A stretch of DNA of 64,000 bases from Octopus vulgaris (lineage: Eukaryota). Made by a program: the position numbers and the translations under genes. Positions 24,311 to 38,319 of this stretch are shown in pieces. The stretch's first letter is position 1. Every line of letters starts with the position of its first letter. The notes below the pieces were generated by a model. The model did not search any database and was not told the DNA's origin. It worked only from the letters and a program-made list of their open reading frames with translations. Where the stretch lies: positions 31,496,001 through 31,560,000 of the forward strand of contig OX597829.1 of assembly GCA_951406725.2 (NCBI GenBank). Direction: 5' to 3'.

Positions 24311-24609
24311 TGTATTATTTAATATGGAGTGTTATTACAAAGTATACTAACAGGCCGGAGTGCCAAGATTCGATTTTCTATCATAGCTTAATCCCAGTGT
24401 TTGTTATAGGGAAGGGTCAGGCGTCCGTGGAAGAAAGTCGTGTGTAAAAGGTAGACGGCAAACAAACTGCCATGTTAGATAACATTATGACTGTTTCCAA
24501 CTTAAACATTTTTCCAGCGTGGAGAAAAACGGTTGCAGAGTCTATTTTGTTTTTCATTGATAAAGAAGTGGGAGGGGATAAGAAACTGTCGTTAATATCT
24601 TTTTGATTG

Positions 24610-25020
24610 ATGGCAGAAACGTTAGCACGCCGGGCGAAATGCTTAGCAGTATTTCGTCTGGCCTTACGTTCTGAGTTCGAATTCCGCCGAGGTCGACTTT
24701 GCCTTTCATCCTTTCGGGGTCGATTAAATAAGTACCAGTTACGCACTGGGGTCGATGTAATTGACTTAATCCCTTTTTCTGTCCTTGTATGTCCCCTCTG
24801 TGTGTAGTCCCTTGTGGGCAGTAAAGAAATAGGTAGTTCGTTTGCCATTACGATCTGAGTTCAAATTACGCCGAGGTTGACTCTGCCTTTCATCCTTTCG
24901 GGGTCGATTAAATAAGTACCAGTTACGCACTGGGGTCGATATAATCGACTTAATCCCTTTGTCTGTCCTTGTTTGTCTCCTCTGTGTGTAGTCCCTTGTG
25001 GGTAGTAAAGAAATAAGTAG
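24610..25020 (+). mobile_element. SINE family B head-to-tail dimer
   Basis: Full copy then a truncated copy; junction at 24830/24831. Confidence 0.9.
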
Positions 25021-26019
25021 AGAATGTATGCTTGCATGCTCCATCCCTTTTATATCATTGATATATCGGATAACTACCGTTCTCACTGCGCTAAACTCAA
25101 CGAAGACGACGATGGATACATATTGTCATTATGGGCCATGTAGGCTATTGTATCAGTACACAGCACAAATGATAGAGTTGTGCGAGAAGAGTTACATTGA
25201 TGTACTCTGAGCACTAACAGATGGTAGTTGTAGAAGAAAGTCTCCGTCAAAGATAACGGGGATGTTTACAAAATACGCAAGTATGATAATGCAGATAACG
25301 AACATCATTACTTTAAACCGTCTATGTCGTCGTTCGGCCAATTAGAAATAGCAGCTAAATTTAACCCAAGATGACATTCAACCGTCTTAACATAAGACAC
25401 ATTGGGTGACGTAATCTAGGGTACATGATCCATAAAATCTGTTTAAGAAGACGAGCTGGTCATGGATAGAATGCCCTTTAACCACAGGGGTGCTCAATCA
25501 GGATTGACAACAGCATAGGCAACGAAAGTAAGTCAAAGAAGGAAGAAGACTTTTGCGTGGGTGTTAAACCTACTGGAGAAAAAGAGAACAGCAAAATCTT
25601 CACACACGCTTACACAGACACACACGCGCGCGTTTTAGAAGAACTCCTTGTATAATGCGATATTGGTTGCGGCACTGTGCATGTGAACAAGCAGGTATGG
25701 TCACGGTTGGGACGTCTTTCACCATAGCCTTGACGGAGTAGGACTAAATAACAACAACAACAACAAGTACTACTACTACTACTTATTTCTTTTTGTATCA
25801 ACAATGAAAATGCCCAAGGCACAGGTGGCACAGGTTAGAATTTCGCCAGGGTCAGCTTTGCCTTTCAACCTTGCATCGGTAAAATAAGTGCCAGTCATGC
25901 ACTGGAAGTCCATATTGTGAGTTATTTCTTCCCTTTTCCAATGAATGAATGAATGAATAAATAAATAAAATAAGTCGCATCATTATATTAAGTCAGAAAC
26001 CGTTATGAAATATGATTAA

Positions 26020-26640
26020 GACGGCGAGCTGATGAAACTGCTTAGCGGCATTTCTTCCATTTTTATGTTTTGTGCTCAAATTCAGCAGGGGTCAACTTCG
26101 TCTTTTATCCTCTAGCAGATGATAAAATAAGTACCAGTTGATTCCTGGGGTGCAATCAACTAATCCTCTCCCGCAAATTTCAGGCCTTGCGCCTATAGTT
26201 GAAAGGGTTATTATTAAGGTGGAAGGCTGGCAGAGTTATCAGCACGCCGAACAAATGCTTTGCGGTGTTTATTTTGGTTTTACGTTCTGAGATCAAATTC
26301 CGCCATCGAGGTCGACTTTGTCTTTCATCTTTCCTAGGTCAATCAAATAAAGTACCAGTTGAGCACTGGGGTTAATGTAATCGATGAGCCTCCTCTCTCC
26401 AAATTTCAAGCCATGTGCCTAGAGTAGATAGGATTATTAAATATGATTGAATGGTGGTGGATTAGCAGAATTGGTAGAGCATTAGACAAAAAATCCTTGC
26501 GATATTTATTCCAGTTTTGAGTTCAAATCACTCTGAGGCCTACTTTACTGTTAATCTCTCTTCAGAGTTGATCAAGTAATGTACCAGTCAAAGATCGATG
26601 GCACTGTCTAAGCCCCTCCCTTAAAAATTGCTAGCCTTGT
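26020..26640 (+). mobile_element. Cluster of three decayed SINE B (alternative-tail) copies
   Basis: Three repeats of the TTCAAAT..GGTC.ACTT..TTT.ATC..AAGTACCAG core. Confidence 0.7.
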
Positions 26641-28234
26641 GTTTAAGTTAAAAATTACTTTTTTTTTTTTTTTTAGAAAACAATATTTTGGTAAAAAAAA
26701 AAAAGTACAAGCGGTTGTGAATAGCCGATGGACCCCAAAATAATCCTACTTCTGTTGCATCCAACGCATTTTTATTCATCGGTAGGGGGCGGATTTTGTC
26801 TTAAGATGCAGTTGGCTGTGAGTACATGCTACTGACACTGCGCAACGAAGCAGAAATGTTGCATCTAGTGTTCTCGCCGCTACTAGGACGATTTTCGTCT
26901 GCCTGCAATATATATATATTGTTTTTAAACAAAGCATGTCCACAAGAGATATTATCTCCGGACAAATATCTCAGCAAATTTGCTTTTTACGATGTATTTA
27001 CATTAAGTATGATGCATAGATGACTGTGTGTGTGTTTGTTTCCGAATGTATGCGTGCATTTTTGTATGAGTGCGTATGTGTATGAATGTATGTACATACA
27101 CATACACACACATACACACAGCTAAATCACTGTTACGTTTTTGTTAGTACGTAAGATGTTTACGGTTGCAGTGTGTTGTTGTTGTTGTGTTTATTGCTGT
27201 TGCCATTGTTGTTAATGAGATAATTATTGCCATTACAACTGCTTCTGTGGCTGCTGCTGCTGCTGCTGCTGGTGCTGCCATTTTGACAGTTGTCAATGCA
27301 TTGTTACAAACCATCACCACCATCATCAACCCATAATTACCACCACCACCACCACCACAGCCACCCCTACCACTGCAAACACCCCCCATCATTACGACGA
27401 CGACCTCCACAACCACCCCTACCACCGCAAGCACCACCAACGTCAGAGCCATCACCCCACTCAACCACCACAACAACCATCACTGGCGCGTAAAAATTCG
27501 AGATGTTCATGGTTGACTTGCTTCTGATTATAGGTCTGTTGGACCAGATCTGAACTATGTTGAAACAACAACATATCAACAAGTCGAATAACATCCATTA
27601 CCACCACCACCACCACCACCACCACCACCACCAAAGTCAAACGCAACGACAATAACACGTCGGCAACCACCACCAACGTCACCAACGGGCCAACGAGGCA
27701 ACTTCTATAGGGTCTCTCGATACACTTGCTATAAATAGTTCCCTAAATTCTCCCACTAAAATTCACACCCTACTTAGCGTCGCATTTATTCTGTGTCGAA
27801 ATTCGATCACGTTGTACGGAATGTTAAACAACTATTTGTTGTAAAAGCTAAATATTGAGCCAAGCTCTTTACCCCCATCTTGATACTGAATCACTGTTCA
27901 CGGTTGGAAATGGGTAGTCAGTTGCTAATGAAATCTCAATAAAGGCTGAATCTGGTCCAGCTGATCCTTCGCTCTCTATTTTCTTTCTTTTTTTTTTTAT
28001 TTTTTCCTGTCCCTGGCAAGATTATATCAAACGGCAGTTGTTTATGAATATCCAGTGTATTTGGTTGGTTAAATTTAATTAATTAACACATGCGGTGTTT
28101 TAGGTTTAAAGCTGTAAGTTTATTCTATGAAATGTTATTGCATCAAAAGCGAAGACAATAGGTCAAGAAAAGGAGGTAGTAAGAGAGAGAGAGAGAGGGG
28201 GGGCAGACAGAGAGACAGAGAGGGGAGGAGGAAA

Positions 28235-28352
<118 letters not shown>

Positions 28353-28809
28353 GATTCCTTAGCAACTGATTACGGTCTGTGTTGGCAAAAATTATACAGT
28401 GAAGTTCTAAATCTAAGTAAAAATGCCTTGGGCGAAAGATGATTTCTGATATTTTGGGACTGTCCTTTCACCCGGGAGAAGACTAGATATATTGCAACTT
28501 GAAAGACAAGATGATCACGACTCGAATGGTTTTGATCTTTGATCGTTAGTCTATTAAATCAATCACGATTCAATTGGGGTTAGACGACTAAGATGGAGAT
28601 GTCAATGATGACAAGGACAATCATAACAAGAATATTAACCTTACGATGATCAACAAAGACAATAAGATGAAGCCTACACGAGATCACTCGCCCTGCTTTA
28701 CATAGTAGGCAGATATCCCTCAAATCATACCATATATTTTATGTATGTATGAATATGTATCTATATACGTATGTGTGTACACGTGTCTGCATGTGCACAC
28801 GTGTCTGCT

Positions 28810-30330
28810 ATCAAATGGCTACAAGCTAGGGTCTGCAACTGCTAGAGATATTAATGTAACTCTTTGTAGATGACCTCAAGATTTATTCTAAAAATGTTAA
28901 CAATGCCAAAAAACAAAACAAAAAAAACAAAGCAGCAGGAATTTATAACATTTTCAGCTGACATAAGTATGGGATTTGAAGAAAAAAAATGTTCATATTT
29001 GATTGTTGAACGTGGAAAATCAGTCATCCAGACCTAAAACCTGAGCATCAACAGTTTCTCTATCTCCTCTGTTGCACACAAGGAATGTTATGAATACCTA
29101 GGAATTGATGAAAACTTATCATGCGAAGATGCTGTCAATAAAAATAAAGTGACCCCGAAAAACAGAGCATTCGGAACTCTCCTTTTACAACAAAACAATA
29201 TCCCACAATGCATTTGAAGCATCAGTGCTGATTCCAACATCTGAGATACTTGACTGGTCTGTAAAGGAAATCCACTCTATACACATGAAAACCTGTAAGA
29301 TCCTGACATCAACTGGAAAGTTCCACAGAAACAGTGTTATCCACAGGCTCTACGTAAGAAAAGACAGAGGCAGACAGCCTTTGAATGTCGTGTAGTCTCT
29401 CTCAGACTATACCTGCTAAACAGCAGTGGCAAAAAATAAATGCATAAACCTAATGCTGAAAAGTGGGAGCAGCATCCAACATGTCAGCAGTGTTCTCCAC
29501 ATGAAGCACTCTCTCCTTGATGACCTCCCATACAACCCCCAAAACAACCAAACTAACATACCTCAAAGAAAACCTCGCCGTGAAACACCCAGCAGACCAA
29601 AAATGACTGTGCATAGTTATGTTTCCAGAAGACTTGAAGAATACAGTAATATCGACATAAAGTGCAGCCTCTCTTGGACTCATGACAGCTACATTACATC
29701 ATACTTCGAAGGCTATACATTTACAATCGAAGAACATGAGATTGCTATTGAATACTTAATAAACAAAAAAGACAGTGAAGCACTTGCAGCTCCAAGATGC
29801 AACCAAAAATGTAGGTTATGTGATATTTCTTTGAAAGACATACATGTTATCAGCAGCTGTCCAAGAATATCACCGCTATGACACACGACATAGTCGTTAA
29901 AAAATATATAATGCTGCCCAAAAAGAAAGAATAAATATAGAGAATACCATTCTTTTGAATATACACATAAACATCAGCACAAGATATACTGATAGAATAT
30001 TCTCATCAAAACTTCTTTCGAGTGTAAACATAACATCCGGATATTATTGTTTGGAACAGACAAGAAAAACTATGTACCATATTCGCTGCCAGCTGCTCTG
30101 CTGATGTGAACAGCTCTTTGAAAATCAAAGAGAAAGAGGATACAGCTTCTATGTCCAGATCATAAATTCACATTTATGCCAATAATAATTGATGTACTCG
30201 GTTTTGTGAAATAAGCTATGGTTTTCAGAAAAGGAGATCAACCAGCTAATTCGTACATAACAAATAAATCTATAAGTGAAACAGTAAAAATATTCAAGAC
30301 TTTTCTCAAGTTTAAAATGAGACTTACTTT
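28810..30330 (+). pseudogene. Decayed RLE-type non-LTR retrotransposon (R4/Dong-like): RT C-terminal part, CCHC knuckle, PD-(D/E)xK nuclease
   Basis: GYKLG..LFVDDLKIY, YEYLGIDEN, KCRLC..HVISSCP, HN.PDII; many stops and frameshifts. Confidence 0.8.
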
Positions 30331-30769
30331 TCTTATCTATATTCCAACGAAGTAGTTTGTATCTTTGTTAGAAACCAGTTCCTTCCTTATAGAAAGACTT
30401 CAAATAATTTTTTAAAAACTGAAGAGAAAATATACATAGAAAAGTATGCAATAGGGAAATCTATAAACTAAAAGACCCTTCAGTAAGATTTGAAGGAATC
30501 CCTGCACACACTAACATCTGTAACTAGTCACACCAACAATGTCAAACTCCAAGAACCTGGATAAAATGTTAACAAGTATTTCAAATCCAACAAAAACCCA
30601 AGTGAAATAGCATTATAGACACCCACCATCCTTCTGTGCATACTGTCACACATCTACACGGGCCAACCCTTGACATCACTAATTCATATATCCTGCTCTT
30701 GAAATCCCAATTCACATGCAAACCACGACACTGAACCACCACCACCACACAACAAAGCACTTCTCACGT

Positions 30770-31050
30770 GTAACAGCAAAGCTTCTGACTCCATTCTTTG
30801 CTATCTACTCACACCAAAAATACTCAACACCATCTTAAGAAACAACGCAAAATATTGGATAGTAAACTATCTATCAGGCCATTTAACCTCTGTAGTTTAT
30901 AAGAACAAAACTTCCAGAATTTCTAATTTACCAAATGGGATACGTCAATCATCTACTTTACCCCTATTTTTCAGCCTATGTCAATGTGAGCTTCTGACCT
31001 ATATCTACTCAGCTCCTGTGAAATATGCAGATATCCTTACATGCAAATGG
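30770..31050 (+). pseudogene. Heavily decayed non-LTR RT fragment
   Basis: SKASDS (cf. SKAFDS), WIVNYLSG..V....S....NGIRQSS.L (cf. GVPQGS), YADI (cf. YADD). Confidence 0.5.
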
Positions 31051-31394
31051 TTTCCAATTTAGGAACAAGACCAGTAATTTTGAGAGAAGCGGATTAGTAG
31101 ATACTATCGGCCCCACTATTTACTGACAATTTCGACTCAAAAAAGATCCAAAAAAATATATCATACTCACACTTTTCTCACGATTCTTCTGACATTGCTC
31201 CACAACCACTCTGAGCCCCACTTAAATCACCTCGAAATTTAGCTCAATCATAAGAGACTTTAAGTAGCGAGTAGTCCCGCGCTTTTTACCAGCAGCATCA
31301 GAGAATATAAAACCGCAATCAGCTATGATGCTCAACAATCAGCTATGATTCATACCACAACATATACATCAACAGCATAAATACACCACGCGCA

Positions 31395-31452
<58 letters not shown>

Positions 31453-32504
31453 GAAGAAAAACCATACTTAAAAACAAAATAACAAAATCAAAATTAGAGA
31501 AATCACAGCAATCACATTTGGCCGACAGAAAGAGTTAATGTCAATGAATTGTAAATCGATACTTTAGGGTAATCATGGACTATACTCAGGCCTTCAACCT
31601 CTCTACAACAAACCAAAGAACACAAAACTATATTTACACATCATGGCAGGTTTTGTACAGACAATGCCTAGAGCCTACCAATACAGAAAAACAGAAATAA
31701 TAAATGTGAAACATCGCGATAACAGTTTGTTATTGCAGCAAACTTCAACCCGCAAATTCTTATTATTACATGAAAGCCAACCCAAACTCCTAGACACTTA
31801 TAGAAATTCTCAGAGCTCTACTACTGCAAAATCATTGTGCCTGGCCTTGAATGTGCAGGCCCACAAAGAACACACCAACATAAGAAACACAACATTCAAC
31901 ATCTCGATCCTCACTGACTCCAAAATTTATGATAGGATGTCAACTAACAACAACAACTTAAGTGTCCTGTCCTGGTCTATTCCACCCTACTGGTTACAGC
32001 TGTTACCACTACCAGATTCTACTAAATGCAGAAGCAGAAAGTGTAGAAGAAAGTACGATACGTTTGAACTGTTTGGCTGCATCCTATTATATGCGGCATT
32101 GCTTACTGGAAAGAATAGGCGGTATTGTCACCAGCTAGACATAGATATGATATAACTTGAGGCGGTGCATCTGTGGGTGGCCTCTCGTCGTTTGACTGAT
32201 TAGTTTCACATTATAGGAATAACCTCGAGGTACGCAACTCGTGTAACGCCACCAACATCAACGAAACAAGCAACAACAATATCACACCCCACCACCAGCA
32301 TCGCTACCACAAACGCCACTATTACTGCAGTACATGTTACCAACATCACAACAAACACCAACAACATCAACAGCAACAACACCAACAACAACTACAACAA
32401 TAACAGCAGCAAAATTCTTTGCGTGGACGCTCGACCTACGAGATTTAGCAACCAAATCTCTCTCATATCATCAAACCCTATCAACTTGGTAATAAATGAA
32501 TGAA

Positions 32505-32551
<47 letters not shown>

Positions 32552-32555
32552 GCAT

Positions 32556-33180
32556 GAGTGTGGCTGCGTGGTAAGAAGCTTGCTCCCCAACAACATGGTT
32601 CCGGATTCAAACCCACTACGTGGCAGCTTGAACAAGTGCCTCGGACTAACCAAAGCCTTAATAGTGGATTTGGTAGACGGAAACTGAATGTGTGTGTGTG
32701 TCTGTGTATGAATGTGCCTTTGTGCCTGTGTTTGTCCCCTATCACCGTTCGATAACCGGCGTCGGTGTGTTTACGTTCCCGTAACTTAGCGGTCCCGCAA
32801 AAGAGCCCGATAGAATCAGTATTAGGCTTTAAAAAAATAAGTCCAGTGGTTGATTTATCCGAATAAAATTTGGATCTTTGTGGTTCTCATCACTGTCTAC
32901 AATTTTGCTCCAATTGTTTTCAAAGTTGGTATATGGATTAAGTTTTGTATCCTAATAATGAAGACGAAATTTATTTTCCCTATAAATCCATAATTAAAAA
33001 GTTATTAACCATTAAAATTTGCAAAATTTGGTTATTTTAGCCAATCAGAAGCGAGTATTTTATACATCACTGTGGCGATAATTGTAAACAGTGACGAAAA
33101 CCCACAAAGATCCTAAAACTCTTCAATGTGGTGCTCCAACATGACCGCATCAAACGGCTGAAACAAATAAAAGAATAAAA
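32556..33180 (+). mobile_element. SINE family A interrupted by a MITE
   Basis: Head at 32556; tail resumes at 33114. Confidence 0.85.
32872..33113. mobile_element. 242-bp MITE with about 33-bp TIRs and a degenerate 8-bp TSD
   Basis: GGATCTTTGTGG..TCACTGT.TACAATT / AATTGTAAACAGTGA..CCACAAAGATCC; flanks TAAAATTT / TAAAACTC. Confidence 0.85.
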
Positions 33181-33198
33181 AAAAATAATAAATAAGTA

Positions 33199-33373
33199 GG
33201 CGATCCTTCGGTATAGGTACCGTAATTACCGGAAGTGGCTTTGTTTACATTTCTGAAGATAACAGAAACCCTTTTCTCTCACTCCTAACCCTAACCCCCG
33301 ATATATATAAAAAGAAAAAAACACTTTCTTGAAATGTATCCGGTACTTCCGGTACCAATACCGAAGTTACGCC
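33199..33373. mobile_element. 175-bp MITE with a perfect 8-bp TSD, Merlin-like
   Basis: TIRs GGCG...CTTCGGTAT.GGTACCG; AATAAGTA on both sides; internal CCTAACCCTAACCC. Confidence 0.85.
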
Positions 33374-34949
33374 AATAAGTAATTAAATAAATATGAAAGG
33401 AACATCGAACTTCGTTGTTCTAGATGGGATAGTCAAGGCTGGAACGCCTTCGAGCCTAAATCAGAGTAGTTTCAAAGCAACAACGACAACAGCAGCAGCA
33501 GCAACAACAGCAACACTACCACTACCGCCATCACCATAATCACTGCTATAGCATCACTGGTATATGTAAAGACGGCATAGTTAAGGCTGCTGTATATCAG
33601 GGGGTATCTAACATCAGCTCATAACACCACCACTACCACTACCACCACCACTGTCACCACTACCAACACATCACCGCCAACAACAGTAGCAACAACGACA
33701 ACACAATCATTGCCGTTGTCGATTATACCAGAAGAACGTGCTATCATCAGATGATGTATTTAATCTGCCTTAGTGCTGCCGCCGCCGCTGCCGCCGTCAT
33801 CGCCTTGGTAATTCATAACAGAATATGCCTGTCCGTCAATTCAGGTCAACTCACCTGACACTCTTTCGTGTTTAACTTATTTAACACAGTTGCTTTAATT
33901 AAAATTTTACGTGCTCTTTAGATACGTCAATACACTCTCACCTTTGACCTAATCTCTTTGACTTATTCACCTTCTGTACTCCACCTACATCCCCACTCCA
34001 CGACGAAAATTCATGGACTTGTCCACACAAAAGTGGGACGTTTCGTGTTATTTTTCTTTGTAATAGTTTGTTTGTTCGGCCTGTTCGTTAATCGGTTTGT
34101 TGGTTGGCTGGTTGGTTGATTGGTAGGCAGGTAAATATTGCTGCTGGGATTTTTTTCACTCTCTTATTTCTTTGTTTGTTTATTCTTGTTGTTGCTTTTA
34201 ATCGTCGTTGTTGATCTGATGGTGACAATGGTGCTGACTTAAATTAACATTTAAGTCACGTGATTGTAATAACGTTGCTGGTTGCCATGTCAGTGACACT
34301 TTAACTATCACTGACATATCAGAACCATATGAAGTTAGAGCCATATGAACAATCAGATACAGGTTACCATTGTAGACGGAGGGAGTACTATATTGTCTCG
34401 AGTTCCACTTTGTCCATATTTTATTTATTTATTTATTTTTTTTCGACTTTCAGTCCTGAATTCAAATCACTCGGTCGTGAACGGCAAGATCCACAGAACA
34501 TCATTCCGGTACTGAAACACCCAACTACCTCCAGTTAATTCTGTAATTGGGTCTACGGCCTTGATCATGATTAAATAATAGAAATAACAACCAAAAATTC
34601 CTCGAAGTCCACCCTAACATCTTTTTTTAAAAATGAGAAGGACGCGTTAGATAACGTTGTCTGTTGTATATTATGGCTTGAAAAAAATAAATAAAATAGG
34701 TACGTTCACGGTTGGAATGTTCTTGATGATAAGTTTGCTTAATTAGAACTGATCTGGGGAAACGACGGTATCATTTGCATGAAAAGGATTAGGATGCAAA
34801 GATAAAAATCAAAAACAAACCCACAACCGTCACCCGGAATCGAACATAACCTGATAACATTTACCATGTTTTCGCTAATTGTTTTAGGTGCCTGCGTAGT
34901 CTCGAATAGATAAAGATATCTTCAAGTTCTACTTACTCTTTGACACAGC

Positions 34950-35162
34950 GGGACATCCAGATCGTGACTGCCGCATGGAGAGAGGGTTTCATTTGCTCTC
35001 GGCTGGCATATATTTATATATATTACCAGCTGAGTAACCTGAGAGGGCGTAAAATGAAGCGCTTTCCCTAATGATACACTGCACCGCCCGGACCAAGAAT
35101 TGAACCTACAACATTATGATCGCGACTCCAACATCTTAACCACTAGACCGCGCGCTTTCACA
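34950..35162 (-). mobile_element. CORE-like tRNA SINE, decayed
   Basis: Reverse complement head GAAAGCGCGCGGTCTAGTGGTTAAG..GGTTCAATTC. Confidence 0.65.
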
Positions 35163-35325
35163 AACAGAGAGACAGAGTTAGATAAATAAAAGGGGATATT
35201 TGGTCGTTGTTGCTTTATATCAGATTAGGAAAAATTCCATCATAGGCTGATGGCACTGATAACCTTGTAATCATGTACTACCTGTTCATGGTCGAGTGAT
35301 CAACTATTAAACCAGTATGAAGAAG

Positions 35326-35389
<64 letters not shown>

Positions 35390-35914
35390 GCGCGCGCACG
35401 ACCATCAAGGTTTAAAAGATAGAAAAATGTCAAATACGAATTAGTTCATTGAGAACTAACAGCATCTTGGGAAGGGGATAGGCGCCACAGGGATTTCCAA
35501 ATCCAGTGAAATTCTTGAAAGCTTCGCCAATATTGAATTTCATACCGAGCCAGTTGGGGGCTAAGAAAGCCCCAAATCGAGAGGACTTTTCCACACCTGC
35601 GTAATCACCGCCAATACTGTCACATGTCCTATCACCAATACAGCCGCTTGCGCCGCCATTACCAACATAATCAATTAAACCACCGCCACCAACGCAACCA
35701 ACTGCAACACCAGCAACAACAATACCACCATCAACAACAGCCCCAACAAAACACACCAACAACAACATCATCACCAACACCTGCACCATCAGCGTCAACA
35801 CCATCACCGACTCCATTAACTCAAAAGGAGTTGTATTACTGTATGGATTTGGCCATCGAGTGTTGTTATACACCACTGGTCACAATGCGCTTCCTCACAT
35901 TGTCCTTAGTTTTC

Positions 35915-36130
35915 GTATGATGCCGGCTCGCTAGCAAGGTGAGCAGACCAGCATTACTCTTGAACGCAATGCCAGTTCGTTGCAGTGTTATCTATTTAGG
36001 CTGAGTGAACCGGAGCAACGTGAAATGAAACGTCTGCCTCAGGAACACAATGGATCGCCGGTCTGGGAATCGAAACCACGACCTTGCGATCTTCAGTGCA
36101 ACACTCTAATCAGTAGGTCATGTACCTTTA
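35915..36130 (-). mobile_element. CORE-like tRNA SINE, decayed
   Basis: Reverse complement contains GGTTTCGATTCCC and TTCCTGAGGCAGAC. Confidence 0.55.
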
Positions 36131-36317
36131 TACACACACACACACATACATACACACGTTGATAGATATATAGTTAAATTCATAAATGTGTGTGTATATT
36201 TTTGTATGTATGTATAAATATATATATGCATAGATATATACTTATGCATATATACACGCTCTCTCACACACACACACATATTTACACACACACATACACA
36301 AATTTACACACATACAC

Positions 36318-36513
36318 ACACACATATAGTTGAAATTTACAGAAAAACAAAAGATTAAAACAGGTGTATGAACAACAAACAGGTGTATTAGTTTGACGCT
36401 CGGGAAAGTGAGAAAGTCTTTTAGGTTTCGAGCCTACGCTCTTCAACAGAAAGGAATAACGGAAAATAAACAGAGAATAAAAAAAAAAACTTGTGGATTT
36501 AGCGATAAACATA
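36318..36513 (-). mobile_element. Solo pLTR, Neptune-family subfamily
   Basis: Homologous to 16607-16805 and 53745-53950; abuts (CA)n. Confidence 0.85.
36418..36453 (-). ncRNA. Hammerhead-like motif (U6 family), stem III mutated
   Basis: cttt CTGTTGA a gagc-gtag-gctc GAAA cc TA aaag. Confidence 0.6.
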
Positions 36514-36888
36514 TCTCTTATATAAAATCCGTTCTGTCTGTGTGTGTGTGTGGGATCTCGGCATCCTCCATCCGATTGCTCTTAAATTTGATATGTAGAT
36601 ACACACGATATCAGGGCGTGTATAAGTCTTGAAAAAATTACAAAAATCGATTCCAGGTGAGAATGCGATCGATAAAGCCGTGGGAACGTGCATTTGTAAA
36701 ATCGTTTTTCTTGGAATAGAAAAAAAGTTTATCTTTATTTCTTCTTTTGCTGATGTCTCAAATTTAGGTTAAATCGGTGTTTCTCAAAGGGGAGGCCTAT
36801 GGGACGGTCGGACAAGTTGGTTTGAGAAAATATGGTTTAAATGTTTGACAAATTAGCACCGTCCATTGGACGGGGGGCGTTTTGCTCG
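36514..36888 (+). mobile_element. Non-autonomous Helitron-like element
   Basis: A|TC..TATATAAAA..CTGTCTGTGTG 5' end; hairpin CCGTCC-ATT-GGACGG at 36859-36873; ends CTCG|T (CTAG-like). Confidence 0.7.
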
Positions 36889-37389
36889 TATATATATGCT
36901 TATCACTAAATCCACAAGTTTTTTTTTTATTCCTTGGATGAAATCATCCCTTCATGAGGTTAACACAACCTCTTATCGAATTTAATAATTAACTTTTATC
37001 TATTGCGCTAGTAATATAGTAATATGTGTGTGTCAAAGAGAGAGTTCGGAGGGAAGATAGTGGTGAGGCTACAGTGACACATATTTTACATTCCTGCTTA
37101 TGTCTTACAAGTGAGATTTTTGTTAATACGTAACATATTATGGACCGAATATAAAGTATGTTCAATGTATGTAGGCCGAAAATGTATGTTCAATGTATGT
37201 TCAAGGCGGTTATAGCCGTCCTAGTTCCTAATCAAATATAGTGTATCTAAGCGTACATTACATTCAATATGGTCTTCCTTTTGAAGACAGTAGGGTGTGG
37301 TTTGAAGGTAATTTGACTTTAGTCTCTAGAAAAAAAAAACCGAATATCCATTCATTGTGATCATTTTCTAATCTTGTCATATCGTAATC

Positions 37390-37740
37390 AAGGGGCTAAA
37401 CACAGAGAAGACAAACAAGGACAGACAAACGGATTAAATCGATTATATCGACCCCAGTGCGTAACTGGTACTTATTTAATCGACCTCGAAAGGATGAAAG
37501 GCAAATATTAATATATATTCAACCCTGAAAAAGGCCGTGATCTAGCAGAAACGTTAGCACGCCGGGCAAAATGCTTAGTTGCATTTTGTCCGTAGCTACG
37601 TTCGGAGTTCAAATTTCGCCGAGGTCGACTTTGCCTTTTATCCTTTCGGGGGTCGATAAATTAAGTACCAGCTGCATACTGGGGTCGATCTAATTGACAG
37701 GCCCCCTCCCCAAAAATTTCGGGCCTCGTGCATAGAGTGG
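37390..37740. mobile_element. Two SINE B copies in divergent orientation (37390-37503 minus; 37545-37740 plus)
   Basis: Core sequences present on opposite strands. Confidence 0.8.
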
Positions 37741-37872
37741 CGGTTCTATCTTATCTTAAAATAGTTTCATGTGTAACGAATGTAGTTTTTTGACATTCGA
37801 ATCATTATGATGGAAAAAGAAAGATTAGAACCATTTCACTTAATTTTCGCAAAATTGACGCAAAGGCTGCGA

Positions 37873-37938
<66 letters not shown>

Positions 37939-38319
37939 TCATCATATACCTGGCACTCCGTCGGTTACGACGATGAGTGTTCCTACTGATCCGACCAACG
38001 GATTACTCTCTAATTACGACCTAATTACTCTCAGACGAAAAATGATATCAAGACATAGGACAAATAATAGAAGCAAATTCATTCACGAAACAATAATACA
38101 AATAAATACGTATGGAATCGAAAAATGACAATCGTTTTGGTCAGATGAGTGGATAGCTGCAAATATATGATCGATGGAAACATCAAGAAAGGAATTGAAA
38201 AAAAAAAAAAAGAACATTAAAGTTTTAAAAATAAACAAAAAATTATTTAGAGGAAAGGCACTTAAATTGACGACTGTGTTTCATGAGTATAATTCTACTG
38301 ATCGTGAGAATCAAATATC

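Noticed and set aside
24420-24600. Short open stretch VDGKQTAMLDN..
   Set aside because: No recognisable homology or clear splice sites
33255-33280. CTGAAGATAACAGAAAC inside a MITE
   Set aside because: No stem II or III; chance match
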